Of a DNA stretch of 64,000 nucleotides, positions 1-10,928 are shown piece by piece; the first letter of the stretch is position 1; each line of letters starts with the position of its first letter. Under the pieces are notes generated by a model that saw only the letters and a list, made by a program, of their open reading frames with translations, was not told the origin of the DNA and searched no databases. This DNA comes from Promethearchaeota archaeon (GTDB lineage: Archaea > Asgardarchaeota > Lokiarchaeia > Sigyniarchaeales > SOKP01), in assembly GCA_016840165.1 (NCBI GenBank), contig JAEOSU010000032.1:1-64000 (forward strand), given 5' to 3'. The translations under genes were made by a program, and so were the position numbers.

Positions 1-39
1 AAATATAAAAAGAAAAAAAATTTAATAAAAAATGTTAGA

Positions 40-3000
40 TTACTCATTCGTTTTAGGTGTGTCTTCGGAGATTTCCGTTGGTACTTTCTTAATCAGCTTG
101 TCTGTTTTAATAGGAGGTGCTGGTGTGCGTGCTTTTAGCATCTTCTCACTTCTATCTAATTCTTCTTGATATGCTTCGCTAATAGACTCTTCTCGAGTTT
201 CAATACGTCTACTAGGAGCTTTCTCTTTGTTTAATGTTTTTGCATATTTCCTAATCGTTCTAACTTTCCTGGGGAATCTGAAGATCTTACGATAGAGATA
301 GATATAAATCACAACTGCACTTGTACTTCCTATTGCTATGAAAAGTAATGTCAAAAATAAAGCTAGTTCGGCTTCAGGGATAATCGCAGAAAGAGTTATA
401 CTTAAAGCTGCAACTTCATATTCTTCTCCAGCAAAAGCAGTTATCAGAATCTTGAATGATCCAATCGGAAGATTTTCTAAGGTAACTTCATAGACTCCAT
501 CTCCGTCAGGATCAGTCAAATCACCAGTTCCAATATCCCATGAATATTTAACTTCGGCTCCTAATATCAACGCATCTAAATCGGTATTGTTTAAAATTAC
601 TCTTAATGTCAAGCTCTCTCCAGGTCTTCTTATATATCTATCCTCCCCAGTTAGAGTAATAATTTCAGCTCGGAATGGACGAACAACAATTCTTAGATCC
701 TCTGTTTGATATTGAAAGTCAAATTTTTCAGCAGCAACAGTAATTATTTTTATACCTCTTTCTAAATCTGATGAATTAATCATAATACTATATTGTTCTA
801 AAGACAAATTTTCAGTTAAATTATCAGAATAATCTCCTGAGAGAGTTAAATCAGCGCCATCAATAAATTTACCAGAAGTATCTTGGTATTTTATTGTGAT
901 ATTTAGCATCATCCCTATCGGTATATCAATTGAAGGATTAGTTGTCCTATCTATGTTATTTAAGTATATACGTAACTGAGTCAGTCTTTCCGTCACTTGA
1001 AGAATTGTTCGGATAGATTGTGGGTTATAGAACGTAATATTTGCAATAACAGATAAATAGTCAATTCCTTGACCGAGATCTGAAGCATTAATCATTCTGG
1101 TATATTGTTCTAATGACGGAATTTCGGGAATATCCTGTATATAGCTTCCTATTATAACTTTTACTGAGGCTGAACCTAAATGATTGAATTGAGCATCGGT
1201 ATATTTTACTGTCACATTTAATTCTTGCCACACTTCAATTGATATTAGCTCATCATCAAATTTTTCCGTTCCATTTATATATAGCTTAATATTAGACTCC
1301 AATTCATTAATATATATTCTAATTGGTATTGATTGTGGAATGTTTTTCGTAGCACCTACATTGATGATTAATGTATACAAGTTTCCAGGGTTATATCCAG
1401 GTCCAGAAGCATTACATATTAAATTATATACGCCTTGAGAGATACGATTAAATGAATATTCTCCCACCCAGTCCGTAGAAAGAGTCGTCGGATCAATGCC
1501 TCCTCCCGTATAAAATTCAGTATAATTAAATTGGATTGTAAAATTAGATTTATATGATACATCAGTAAGAAAATCGTTCTCAACTGTGATCGTGGTTTCT
1601 TTAATTACATCTATCGTGATATTCGTTTGAGTATTTACGTAATTTGCAGAATTTGCATAGATAGTGACTGTATTATTTCCCGCTAAACCTCCTATTGTAT
1701 TAAATTCTAATATATAAAATCCAGGAGCAGCTTCACTGAAATATTGAATGATCCCTGGATGAGTGAAATTGTAAGTGTACACTGTTGCCCCTTCAATCGC
1801 ATCAAAGTTCTCTAAATCGTTAAATGAGACTTTAAGATTTATAGACGTTCCTTCCAAAATATTTTCAAAAAAATCTTCTTCAGGAGTTAATTTGGAAAAG
1901 TGGGTGACTCTAAATGTTTTATATATAATACCAGTCTCATTTAATCCATAAGAAGTATGGGTATTATTCCAGGTTATTATTACTTGATACAGTCCTTCTT
2001 CATAATTAGGTGGTGTTAATGGGATCTGAATCGGATTAAAATTTGCATAACCATTTAGATCTAAATTGGCATATTGTTCTTGTTGTGTCCATAAGGAACC
2101 ATTTGGAAACCGTATTTGAAGTTGAGCTTTAGTACTTTGAATATAGGATGATATAAGAGACGTTTCTGTAATTTTTGCGGTAATATTTACAAATTCTCCT
2201 GATATAAAACCATTTTCTGGTTGCCAAGAACCAGTAGAATTACCATATATCAATAAGGCCTCACAATAATTAGGAGAAACTGCGGAAAACTTCCAGAAGC
2301 CGTCAGGAATCGAACTAATACTATTTACTGGGATTGATAAAGTCCCGGATATGGAATCATCGCATAAACCAAGAATATTTACTGAAGGCTCCTCAGGAGT
2401 GTATACTGCAGTGATTATCATATCGTTTGGAAAATCAATTTTCATCACCGATTCTGAATATCCCGTAGGAACGGCTATAAAACCAAAAAATTCCCAATTT
2501 ACTGAGCTATCATTACTTACTTCAAACTTCGTACCTAAAGATGCAGTTTCAGTTTCATAATTAGTTTCAGGAATAGCTTTCGAAGCAAATAGGTTTAATT
2601 GGGAATTAAGATCAACGGAGTAGCTACCAAGGACACTTATATCATTACCACTGAAATTAGCGATAATTGAACTCATTTGCCAATCACCCTCGAGTGAGAC
2701 CGATCCTTTTCCCCAACTAATATCTTGAACAATAGTTTGATTTACTCTTAAATCAAGATTAGAAGGTAAAGCTTCAGTTTTGGTTACTAATTCAAGATTA
2801 TCGAAATATAATCTTTGATAATCATCATCTGTAAATCCGGAGTAATTTCCTCCTCCGATACATTCTAAATTTGCCCTTAATTCGATTAATTCATTATCTA
2901 TCGGAGTATTTGGGAACACATTGGTAGTATTTATCCAAATATTTTGAGGTATGGAGAAACTATGCCAAGCATTTACACCATATTGTCTTAATGTATAAGT

Positions 3001-3735
3001 GCCAATTGAATATACTCGTATATTGTTAATATATATCGCAAATGCCCAAGAATTGAATCTTGCCAATACATTTGGATATAAATCAAAATTCAATGTAGCA
3101 CTAATCACCTTTCCTCTTGGGATCGAAATCGTACTATTCCACCATAATCGATCATCAGGATCATAAGTTCTATAGGGACTTGGCAAAATACCCAAGGCAC
3201 CATCCATTCTTAGTTCTAAGCAATCATGCCCTCCTACATTGCTTCGATAATTACCGCTCATTAGATTAGTTGCTAATCCTGTATCATTGAATCCAAATGT
3301 CCAATTCTGAAAATTATTAATAATCCAAGTAGTATCATCATCTCCTGCACTATCACTACCATCATCATTACCAAACGCAAAAGTCCCATTATTCCAATTT
3401 CTTTCATCTTTAAGGTCATCTATAGATACATCTAACTGGTATGCCTTCCAACCACTTCCTAAAGGAATACTTGCAGTATCCGATTCCCCTTCATCAAACG
3501 AAATTGGCAAGTCTGTGTCTGTCCTATTCGCCCAATGCGTAATGTTCAAGGGTGCTCCGTTTCCGCTGAAAATATTGCTAGCTGTAATACCTTGGTTATC
3601 AAGATCAATGAACTCATTTATCTCATGGTTATTAATGACAAAACCATTATTCAAGAAGTTTCCTAGTAAAATCAAATTGAAACTCAATAAGACAAGTACA
3701 ATGATTTTATTGTATTTTTTAGATCTATAGTTCAC
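40..3735 (-). CDS. Large membrane-anchored cell-surface protein (1231 aa) with beta-rich Ig-like repeats, C-terminal TM helix and conserved basic cytoplasmic tail
   Basis: N-terminal hydrophobic signal/anchor, many N-x-S/T sequons, DPDGDGVYE motif, C-terminal TM then FPRKVRTIRKYAKTL; full-length paralog of 3732..7463; GTG start overlaps the upstream TGA stop. Confidence 0.8.
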   Translation of the reverse strand: MNYRSKKYNKIIVLVLLSFNLILLGNFLNNGFVINNHEINEFIDLDNQGITASNIFSGNGAPLNITHWANRTDTDLPISFDEGESDTASIPLGSGWKAYQLDVSIDDLKDERNWNNGTFAFGNDDGSDSAGDDDTTWIINNFQNWTFGFNDTGLATNLMSGNYRSNVGGHDCLELRMDGALGILPSPYRTYDPDDRLWWNSTISIPRGKVISATLNFDLYPNVLARFNSWAFAIYINNIRVYSIGTYTLRQYGVNAWHSFSIPQNIWINTTNVFPNTPIDNELIELRANLECIGGGNYSGFTDDDYQRLYFDNLELVTKTEALPSNLDLRVNQTIVQDISWGKGSVSLEGDWQMSSIIANFSGNDISVLGSYSVDLNSQLNLFASKAIPETNYETETASLGTKFEVSNDSSVNWEFFGFIAVPTGYSESVMKIDFPNDMIITAVYTPEEPSVNILGLCDDSISGTLSIPVNSISSIPDGFWKFSAVSPNYCEALLIYGNSTGSWQPENGFISGEFVNITAKITETSLISSYIQSTKAQLQIRFPNGSLWTQQEQYANLDLNGYANFNPIQIPLTPPNYEEGLYQVIITWNNTHTSYGLNETGIIYKTFRVTHFSKLTPEEDFFENILEGTSINLKVSFNDLENFDAIEGATVYTYNFTHPGIIQYFSEAAPGFYILEFNTIGGLAGNNTVTIYANSANYVNTQTNITIDVIKETTITVENDFLTDVSYKSNFTIQFNYTEFYTGGGIDPTTLSTDWVGEYSFNRISQGVYNLICNASGPGYNPGNLYTLIINVGATKNIPQSIPIRIYINELESNIKLYINGTEKFDDELISIEVWQELNVTVKYTDAQFNHLGSASVKVIIGSYIQDIPEIPSLEQYTRMINASDLGQGIDYLSVIANITFYNPQSIRTILQVTERLTQLRIYLNNIDRTTNPSIDIPIGMMLNITIKYQDTSGKFIDGADLTLSGDYSDNLTENLSLEQYSIMINSSDLERGIKIITVAAEKFDFQYQTEDLRIVVRPFRAEIITLTGEDRYIRRPGESLTLRVILNNTDLDALILGAEVKYSWDIGTGDLTDPDGDGVYEVTLENLPIGSFKILITAFAGEEYEVAALSITLSAIIPEAELALFLTLLFIAIGSTSAVVIYIYLYRKIFRFPRKVRTIRKYAKTLNKEKAPSRRIETREESISEAYQEELDRSEKMLKARTPAPPIKTDKLIKKVPTEISEDTPKTNE

Positions 3736-6700
3736 TCTTTACCACCTCCAAGTTCTTTAAAGCTTCCAGGTTCAGTACTTGGTTTTACCATTTTATCAAT
3801 AATCGTTTGCTCCTCACTTGGTTTTCCCTTTAAAAATCGTTTAGAATCAGACGTTTGAGTTTCATATGCCGACCTAATAGCTTTCTCTCGTGGTTCAATT
3901 GATGTCCTTGGAAGATTTTTGCTCTTTAAAGTGCGCTTATACTTTCTGACTTTCCTTACCGGCTTTGGATATTTTAACACACGCATATATAGAATTAAAT
4001 ATCCTAATAGTGAGACTCCTACTACAATTGTGCTAATGAGTATTATCATAACGAAGAATAATTCTTCTGGTGGTCTTATTACTGTTAATGTAATCTTAAA
4101 ACTTGGAATATCGTAGTTATCTCCTACGTACGCAGAAATAATAATTGTATAGGTACCCTCGGGAACGAATCCCAGATTTGCTTCATAAACCCCATCATTA
4201 TCCGTATCTGTAAACATTCCTCTTCCAAATACCCAGCTATAATTAACAGAAGCCCCAAGTAGAGGGTTTCCTAATAAGTCATTTAATTTAATGTTTAAGC
4301 TTACTGGTTCATTAGGATTGGCGATTTTAATAGGTGAACCCGATGTTGTATTTATTTTGAGACTAATTCTTTGAACTTGGATACGAATGACATCTGATTG
4401 CTGTTCATAATTAGCTCGATAAGCAGTAAGTTGTAGTGATCGAATTCCAATTGCTAAATTAGTTGTATCAATCAGGATTGTATATTGTTCATAAGTAATG
4501 TTTTCAGTTAAAGTATCTGAATAATCTCCTGATAAAGAAACTGTCGCTCCAGGTATATGTGCTCCCAATATATCATAATACCTTACAGTTATGTTAAGTA
4601 TTGAGGTCACGATAATAGATTCAAAGGGATCTATTGTTTTATCGGCTCCATTAATAAAAATGTTATAATTTGTCTGTCTTTCAATTATTTCGAATATGAA
4701 CGGCAATGAATTAGGTTTATAGTTTTCCTTCTCAGCATAAACAATTAAATTATCGATTCCTTGCCCCAGATCAGTGGCATTTAATAGAATCGAATATTGC
4801 TTATAAATTAAATCCTCTTGCAAAGGTCTAGTAAAACTCTGGCTAACAAGACTCACAACTGCTCCAGAAATGTGGTTGCCAAAAGTATCTTCATAGCGAA
4901 TAGTAATATTGACTTGTTGCCAAACTTGAACAATAAAGACCTCATTCGGTTCTGTATCTGTACCATTTAGTTTTAACTCGATTTGGGAATCCAATTCTGT
5001 TATATATACCCTTATAGTCTTTATCTGAGATTCATATTGATAAGCACTGGCATAGATATTAAAGGAATATAAATTACCTGCTATATAACCCGATGTATTG
5101 CAAATTAAATTATATCTCCCCTGAACAATTCTGGTAAAATAGTGATCGCCTCCCCAGTCCGATATTAATTCAGTAGGATCGACACCTAATCCCGTTTCAT
5201 TATCCGTATAGTCTATTTGAATTGTAAAATTGTTGTTATATTGGGCATCCTCTATAAAATCGTCATCCACATCAAGATTCGTTCGCTTTATGACCTCGAT
5301 TACAATATCAGCTTGTTTATTTACATAATTATTCGACTCCGCATAAATTGTAATGGTATTATTACCAGAATTTGCAGCAGTTAGATTAAATTCAAGAAAA
5401 TAAAAACCTGGGCTAATTTCTCCAAAATATTGTTCAATACCAGGATTTATGAAATCATAAGTATACACATTTGCTGCTTGGATCGGATTATTTGTAACAG
5501 CATCATTAAACGATATTTTCAGGTTGATAGTTGTATTCTCGTAATTATCTTCATAAAAATTACTTTCTGGAGTCAAAATTGAATCATGAACTACTCTAAA
5601 ATTCTTATAAATTATTCCACTTTCATTAAAACCAAACCCAGAATGGGAATTATTCCAGGTTACAATTGTTTCATATAATCCAACTTCATAATCAGGAGGA
5701 GTACTCGGAATTTGAAAACTCTCAAACTTTACAAATCCACTGGAATCGGGTTGGGTGGTCTGACTTAATTCTGTCCAAATCGTATTGTTCGGAAATCTTA
5801 TAGTAAGAGATGCAGTGGTATATTGAATATAGGAAGATATTATTCCTGTATTCGATATTTGAGCTGTGATATTAACATATTCACCACTTAAGTATTCATA
5901 ATCCTCAACCCATGTACCAGTGCTATTACTATATATCACAAGATTTTCCCCATAGTTTGGCGAAATAGCCTTAAACCTCCAGAATCCATCGGGTGTGTCT
6001 GAAATGCTGTTAACAGGAATTAATAATATTCCTGCTGTAGTATTATCGCATTGACTCAAAATATTCAAATCGGGATTTTGAGGATCATATACTGCTGTTA
6101 TTGTAATATCTTGAGGAAATTCTACCTTCATTAACGTTTGTTCATAACGTGTAGGCACTTTAATCCTTCCATAACATACCCATTCCACGACGGAATTATT
6201 AGTAGCGCTAAAACTCGTGCCTATAGAATCTTCGTTGGTTTCATAATTACTTTCTGGTAAATCTTTGATAGCAAATAAGTTAATAACTGATAAACATTCT
6301 ATTTCATAAGAACCCAACTCACTGATATCATCACTGCTAAATGATAAATCTAACTTATCATTAATACCTTGCCAGTTACCATTAATTTCTACATTTCCTA
6401 AACCCCAATCATCATCTACAATTGTAGTACCGTTTAGTTTTAATCCCAAGTCGGATGGCTGTGCTTCAGCCGTTGTTTCTAGCAGTACATTGTCAACTAA
6501 AATTTGCTGATAATCTGTATTTTCACCATCCTCAAAACCATAACTAGCACTGTTTGCTGAATATTCTAAAGCGACTTCAATAGAAATTGTTGTATCATTT
6601 AAAAATCCTGAACTAAAGACATTAGTGGTATTAGTCCATATTCCTTGAGGAACTGAAAAATCATGCCACATATTTACCCCCATGCTTTTTAATGAGTATA

Positions 6701-7463
6701 TTCCTATGGTAAACACACGAACGTTATTGATTGAAATTGTTAATTCCCAGGAATTAAAGCTTATTAAATGAACTGGATTTAGCTGAAAACGTAAAATATT
6801 ATCAATCACTCGTCCTCTCGGAACTTGGAAACTACTTTCCCACCAGCATTTATCTCCAGTTTGATAATAATATCGATTTGCTGTATGAGGGTTTCCATTC
6901 ATTCTTAATTCTAAACTATCATGCCCAGCACTGAGAGGAGCTGAACCATCAAGATAATTCCCCGACATATCATTGTTATAGCCGGGGTCATCAAAATCAT
7001 AAAAAGTCCAACTTTGAAAAGGATTTGAAACATCAGAGGTATCGTTTTCAGGACATCCATAACTATTATCATCATCTCCATACTGAAATGTTCCATTATT
7101 CCAATTTCTTGTATCATAAAGATTTTCAATCTTTGCATCTATTTTATATGCTTCCCAGTCAGAAAATAACGGAAATTGTATGATACCAGTTTCGCCTTCA
7201 TCAAAAGTAGTGTAGAGCTGTGCATCTGTTCGATTTGCCCAATGAGTAATATTCCAAGGTGCTCCTATTCCCTCATAAGTGTTATCAGCGGATAGATCTT
7301 GACTATTTATTAAATGTTCCTCCTTAATATCCTCATCTAAGTTTAAGAAATTTCTTGAATTTGTATGTGTCAGGTTACTTGCAGTTATAATAGTAAAAAT
7401 AAAGCCTAATAGCAACGAACATAATAAAATTATCTGTTTTCTTGAGTTTCTTTTTAATGTCAT
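3732..7463 (-). CDS. Large membrane-anchored cell-surface protein (1243 aa), tandem paralog of 40..3735
   Basis: Shared motifs GAPxNITHWANRTD, RNWNNGTF, PDGFWxF, DxDxDGVYE; C-terminal TM plus YPKPVRKVRKYKRTL tail. Confidence 0.8.
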   Translation of the reverse strand: MTLKRNSRKQIILLCSLLLGFIFTIITASNLTHTNSRNFLNLDEDIKEEHLINSQDLSADNTYEGIGAPWNITHWANRTDAQLYTTFDEGETGIIQFPLFSDWEAYKIDAKIENLYDTRNWNNGTFQYGDDDNSYGCPENDTSDVSNPFQSWTFYDFDDPGYNNDMSGNYLDGSAPLSAGHDSLELRMNGNPHTANRYYYQTGDKCWWESSFQVPRGRVIDNILRFQLNPVHLISFNSWELTISINNVRVFTIGIYSLKSMGVNMWHDFSVPQGIWTNTTNVFSSGFLNDTTISIEVALEYSANSASYGFEDGENTDYQQILVDNVLLETTAEAQPSDLGLKLNGTTIVDDDWGLGNVEINGNWQGINDKLDLSFSSDDISELGSYEIECLSVINLFAIKDLPESNYETNEDSIGTSFSATNNSVVEWVCYGRIKVPTRYEQTLMKVEFPQDITITAVYDPQNPDLNILSQCDNTTAGILLIPVNSISDTPDGFWRFKAISPNYGENLVIYSNSTGTWVEDYEYLSGEYVNITAQISNTGIISSYIQYTTASLTIRFPNNTIWTELSQTTQPDSSGFVKFESFQIPSTPPDYEVGLYETIVTWNNSHSGFGFNESGIIYKNFRVVHDSILTPESNFYEDNYENTTINLKISFNDAVTNNPIQAANVYTYDFINPGIEQYFGEISPGFYFLEFNLTAANSGNNTITIYAESNNYVNKQADIVIEVIKRTNLDVDDDFIEDAQYNNNFTIQIDYTDNETGLGVDPTELISDWGGDHYFTRIVQGRYNLICNTSGYIAGNLYSFNIYASAYQYESQIKTIRVYITELDSQIELKLNGTDTEPNEVFIVQVWQQVNITIRYEDTFGNHISGAVVSLVSQSFTRPLQEDLIYKQYSILLNATDLGQGIDNLIVYAEKENYKPNSLPFIFEIIERQTNYNIFINGADKTIDPFESIIVTSILNITVRYYDILGAHIPGATVSLSGDYSDTLTENITYEQYTILIDTTNLAIGIRSLQLTAYRANYEQQSDVIRIQVQRISLKINTTSGSPIKIANPNEPVSLNIKLNDLLGNPLLGASVNYSWVFGRGMFTDTDNDGVYEANLGFVPEGTYTIIISAYVGDNYDIPSFKITLTVIRPPEELFFVMIILISTIVVGVSLLGYLILYMRVLKYPKPVRKVRKYKRTLKSKNLPRTSIEPREKAIRSAYETQTSDSKRFLKGKPSEEQTIIDKMVKPSTEPGSFKELGGGKE

Positions 7464-7697
7464 TTTTATTTCCTTTCTTTTTAAGCTTTTGAAATTAATT
7501 GATGTTTAAGATTTCAATTATATAATAAAGATATAATTAAAACAATTTAATTTAGATAGAATTCTTACTATATATTTATAACTATTCCTTACAATGACAA
7601 TATATTGAAATTCGATGAAAGAAAAAATAATTCTCTCCCTATGTGTAAAAAAATAAGAAATGACAAAAAAATTAAAGAAATGAAGAATTTTTACTTT

Positions 7698-9407
7698 TTA
7701 TTTTGCTTTTTTACTGGAATCTGGAGTTTTATCAATTTCAGTTATCTTCTTTTTAAGTAATTTCCCATTTGCTGGAGTTCCTTTTAGAAATTTAGATGAT
7801 TTATCAACTTCTTGATTATAAACTTTCCCAAATGATTTACCAGGAGGAATTATTGGTACCCCAGGTCTTTTTTCTTGGTTTAATGTCTTTCTATATTTTC
7901 GAACTTTCCGCACCGGTATTGGATATCTGAGGTAATAATAATATGCTATAAAGTAACCACCAATAATTGTCGCAGCAGCTAATGCAAGAATAAATAAACC
8001 AAGAAACGAAAATTGTGGATCGGGAAAAGTCTCACTATAAGTTATAAGCAAATATACATCATCTATAGATATAGTATAATTTTGCTCTAACCCAAAATCT
8101 TCTGCAAGATATACTTGTATTTCTAATGTAAAATTCTCATAGGGAATTATTTTCGATGTGATATCAAATCCTCCTTGTTGAATTTCTATTAATTCTGGCT
8201 CGTAAACATAATCAATTAAGAATTTTTGGGGTTCACATCTTCGGTCGTTTATATAAATAATAATACGAGAATCTTTTGATGCTTGAGTCCAAGTTTTATC
8301 AATTCCGTATTTAAATCTCAAATTAGCATCTAAGATACGAACATTAGAACCATTTACTGCTTTCAGATCCTGCTTCCATGAAAGTTGCGTGCCTTCATTA
8401 ATCTTTTTCACATAATTAAACGTTAAATTGAGGTTTTTGAATCGTAACTCAGTCCAATCATCTAAATCAAGATTAGATTGATTATCTTCACAATATATAT
8501 ATATTCCCAAAACAACACAAAACTCGTCATGACCAGTATCATTTGCAAGCACATTATTTAAAGCATCTATGATCGCCTGATTTCCATATTCGCCGATTAA
8601 ACCTTCAATAGTATATAGTGAAAGTGATTCATTCCCGAGCAAACGCGTTTGATTAAACGCTATTCTATAAGTGTTTAATTCAGCGATCTCACGGGGTATA
8701 TTACCTATATTTATTGAACTTATTTCTACATAAAATTGAGCAAAATCATATTTCTCATGTTGGTTTAGTAACCATCCTGATCTCGCATATTGATCTCCTG
8801 GTGTATCGACATATGTATCAACTGTTCCATTAATGGTCGCACTAAAATCAACAGAGGTAATAATGTAATCTGACATATCCACTCCCAAGCTTACATTCGT
8901 TTTCCAATGCATTTCTGGAGTGTTTTTAGGTTGACCACCAGTTTCACCTTCCCACCATCGATGTGTACACCAAGCACCTTCATCATCAACTCCATAATAT
9001 GGACCAGGTATATCTGTTCTCTGAGGTACAAGCACTAAATCAGATTTATTAAATGGAATCCAATCAGCCGTCGTATCGTTATTTAATAGTACTTGTTTTT
9101 CATAACTTTCTCCAATTATTTCATAGTTAGCTTGACCCGCACTCGTAAATAATGCGGCATCGGATGAGTCTCCGTTAATGGAAGAATCCCATTCTGTAAC
9201 TGGAGTTGCAAAAGTTGGATTGCTGTTCCACAATTGGTCTGTATATGTTTCGGTTCTTGAAGATTGTATATATTTCAATTCATTGGATTTATTGGAGTTA
9301 AAAGGTTGTAAATTTGAAAAGTAATATCCACTTATAAAAAAACACGTATATAGAGCAACAATCCCAAAAATTATAATATATCTAGTTTTAAGATGAAAAT
9401 TAAACAC
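7698..9407 (-). CDS. Membrane-anchored surface protein (569 aa) with a different ectodomain but the same cytoplasmic tail
   Basis: N-terminal TM, sequon-rich ectodomain, C-terminal TM then YPIPVRKVRKYRKTL; GTG start. Confidence 0.75.
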   Translation of the reverse strand: MFNFHLKTRYIIIFGIVALYTCFFISGYYFSNLQPFNSNKSNELKYIQSSRTETYTDQLWNSNPTFATPVTEWDSSINGDSSDAALFTSAGQANYEIIGESYEKQVLLNNDTTADWIPFNKSDLVLVPQRTDIPGPYYGVDDEGAWCTHRWWEGETGGQPKNTPEMHWKTNVSLGVDMSDYIITSVDFSATINGTVDTYVDTPGDQYARSGWLLNQHEKYDFAQFYVEISSINIGNIPREIAELNTYRIAFNQTRLLGNESLSLYTIEGLIGEYGNQAIIDALNNVLANDTGHDEFCVVLGIYIYCEDNQSNLDLDDWTELRFKNLNLTFNYVKKINEGTQLSWKQDLKAVNGSNVRILDANLRFKYGIDKTWTQASKDSRIIIYINDRRCEPQKFLIDYVYEPELIEIQQGGFDITSKIIPYENFTLEIQVYLAEDFGLEQNYTISIDDVYLLITYSETFPDPQFSFLGLFILALAAATIIGGYFIAYYYYLRYPIPVRKVRKYRKTLNQEKRPGVPIIPPGKSFGKVYNQEVDKSSKFLKGTPANGKLLKKKITEIDKTPDSSKKAK

Positions 9408-9637
9408 CTCTTATTTTTTCAAACAACTCAAAATTAATATGGATTATTTTAATATAATAAGTTACTTTAGGAAATACTGATATAAAAAACAAATACTTCA
9501 ATTATATAGGAATCGGGATTTTGAAGAAAATTTGAATATTGAATTGGATAAGTTTAATTTAATACATTACTTAAGAAATAAATATATATAATTAGATTCA
9601 CTAAATTAATTTAAAAACTATTTAGAGGCAAATCAAA

Positions 9638-10894
9638 TTGATTCAAGCGATATTGACATTTCAATTTAAATTAAATCAAAATGAAGATACCGGAGAGATC
9701 AATCCCGAGTTTAGTCCTATTCAATTAGTTTTTCAAAACGATCAGTTTAATGAGGAAAATTATAACGAGCTCATTCAAATAAATGATATTTTTTCAACGT
9801 TTTATTCTCATACTACGGGAATTACAGGGATGAAATTTGGATATAGCAACTTTTATGAAGGACGTTTAAAAGAAACTCCTTATCAGATCGTATCTTATTT
9901 TAAACAATTAGCAGAGGGTACCCAATATCTTGCTATTTCAATCTATGAATTAGATGACGATATAGAGCTCTATGAAGATTTAATGAAAGATATGACCAAA
10001 AGATTAGACACTATTTTTGAAAAGCTTACAAAAGCCGCAAATACTCGCCAATTGGATTTAATATCCAATGTAAATATCCGATTAATGAATGAATTAAAGT
10101 ATACGATCTTTCAGATTGAACGATTAAGCCAGTTGGATAAGCTCCAAAAAGTTGCATTGATCTATAATAATGATGAGCGGATGAAAATTTTACAAACTCT
10201 TAGAGAAAGACCGATTTCCAAAAAGGAAATGAAATCGATCGTTGAAAAAATGAAACCAACGGCGAACATCGATATATTAATGCGACCATTCTTGGAATTA
10301 AATCTTATACGCCGAGATTGGATTAAAGGGGAAAAAGATAAGAAAACAGGAATCATAAAAAATCAAGGAGAATATTTATTCTTGGTCAAAGATATCCTAT
10401 TTTCAAGAATTCCTAATGAAAATTTATTAAAACATTTTAAAGATACTAATAATGAGCTTCTTCCAATTTTCACCCAAAAATCTGTTGACTATTTTGCGGA
10501 ATATGATCCCTACGAACAAAAACAAGAAGATCTGAAGCATTTGGCTGCTATACTCCTCAATCCTGATGTCTACGACTTTTTTGTCTTAATGCGATCCAAT
10601 CATTATCCATTAGATAAAATCCCAAAAATCTTCTCAGAATTCGCAGTAACCGAAATCTTGCTCGACAATCTCAAAAAACTGAATATCATAACGGAAGTTA
10701 AAGACCAGAATAAACGCAGCTGGATCCTTCTCTTAACAGATATCAGACCATTAATTATTTTCCCTGAATACTTGTTGCCAAAAATTAGAGAAGCCTACAG
10801 AAATGAGGGAGAAGAAGGGAAAATCACCTATGAAGTCGCGAAGAAGGCACTGAATTTATTGGAAGTCACATATCCAGAAAAAGTCACATTTTAA
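9638..10894 (+). CDS. Hypothetical protein, probable N-terminal longin-like domain plus tandem C-terminal winged-helix domains
   Basis: 418 aa ORF with TTG start; longin-like strand/helix pattern (MIQAILTFQF...YQIVSYF...YLAISIYELDDD+helix); two wHTH-like segments (ERMKILQTLRERPISKKEM...FLELNLI; YDFFVLMR...NLKKLNIITEV). Domain calls are by eye. Confidence 0.5.
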   Translation: MIQAILTFQFKLNQNEDTGEINPEFSPIQLVFQNDQFNEENYNELIQINDIFSTFYSHTTGITGMKFGYSNFYEGRLKETPYQIVSYFKQLAEGTQYLAISIYELDDDIELYEDLMKDMTKRLDTIFEKLTKAANTRQLDLISNVNIRLMNELKYTIFQIERLSQLDKLQKVALIYNNDERMKILQTLRERPISKKEMKSIVEKMKPTANIDILMRPFLELNLIRRDWIKGEKDKKTGIIKNQGEYLFLVKDILFSRIPNENLLKHFKDTNNELLPIFTQKSVDYFAEYDPYEQKQEDLKHLAAILLNPDVYDFFVLMRSNHYPLDKIPKIFSEFAVTEILLDNLKKLNIITEVKDQNKRSWILLLTDIRPLIIFPEYLLPKIREAYRNEGEEGKITYEVAKKALNLLEVTYPEKVTF

Positions 10895-10928
10895 ATCAGA
10901 TAAAATAAAAACGAGATGAGAATATTAA

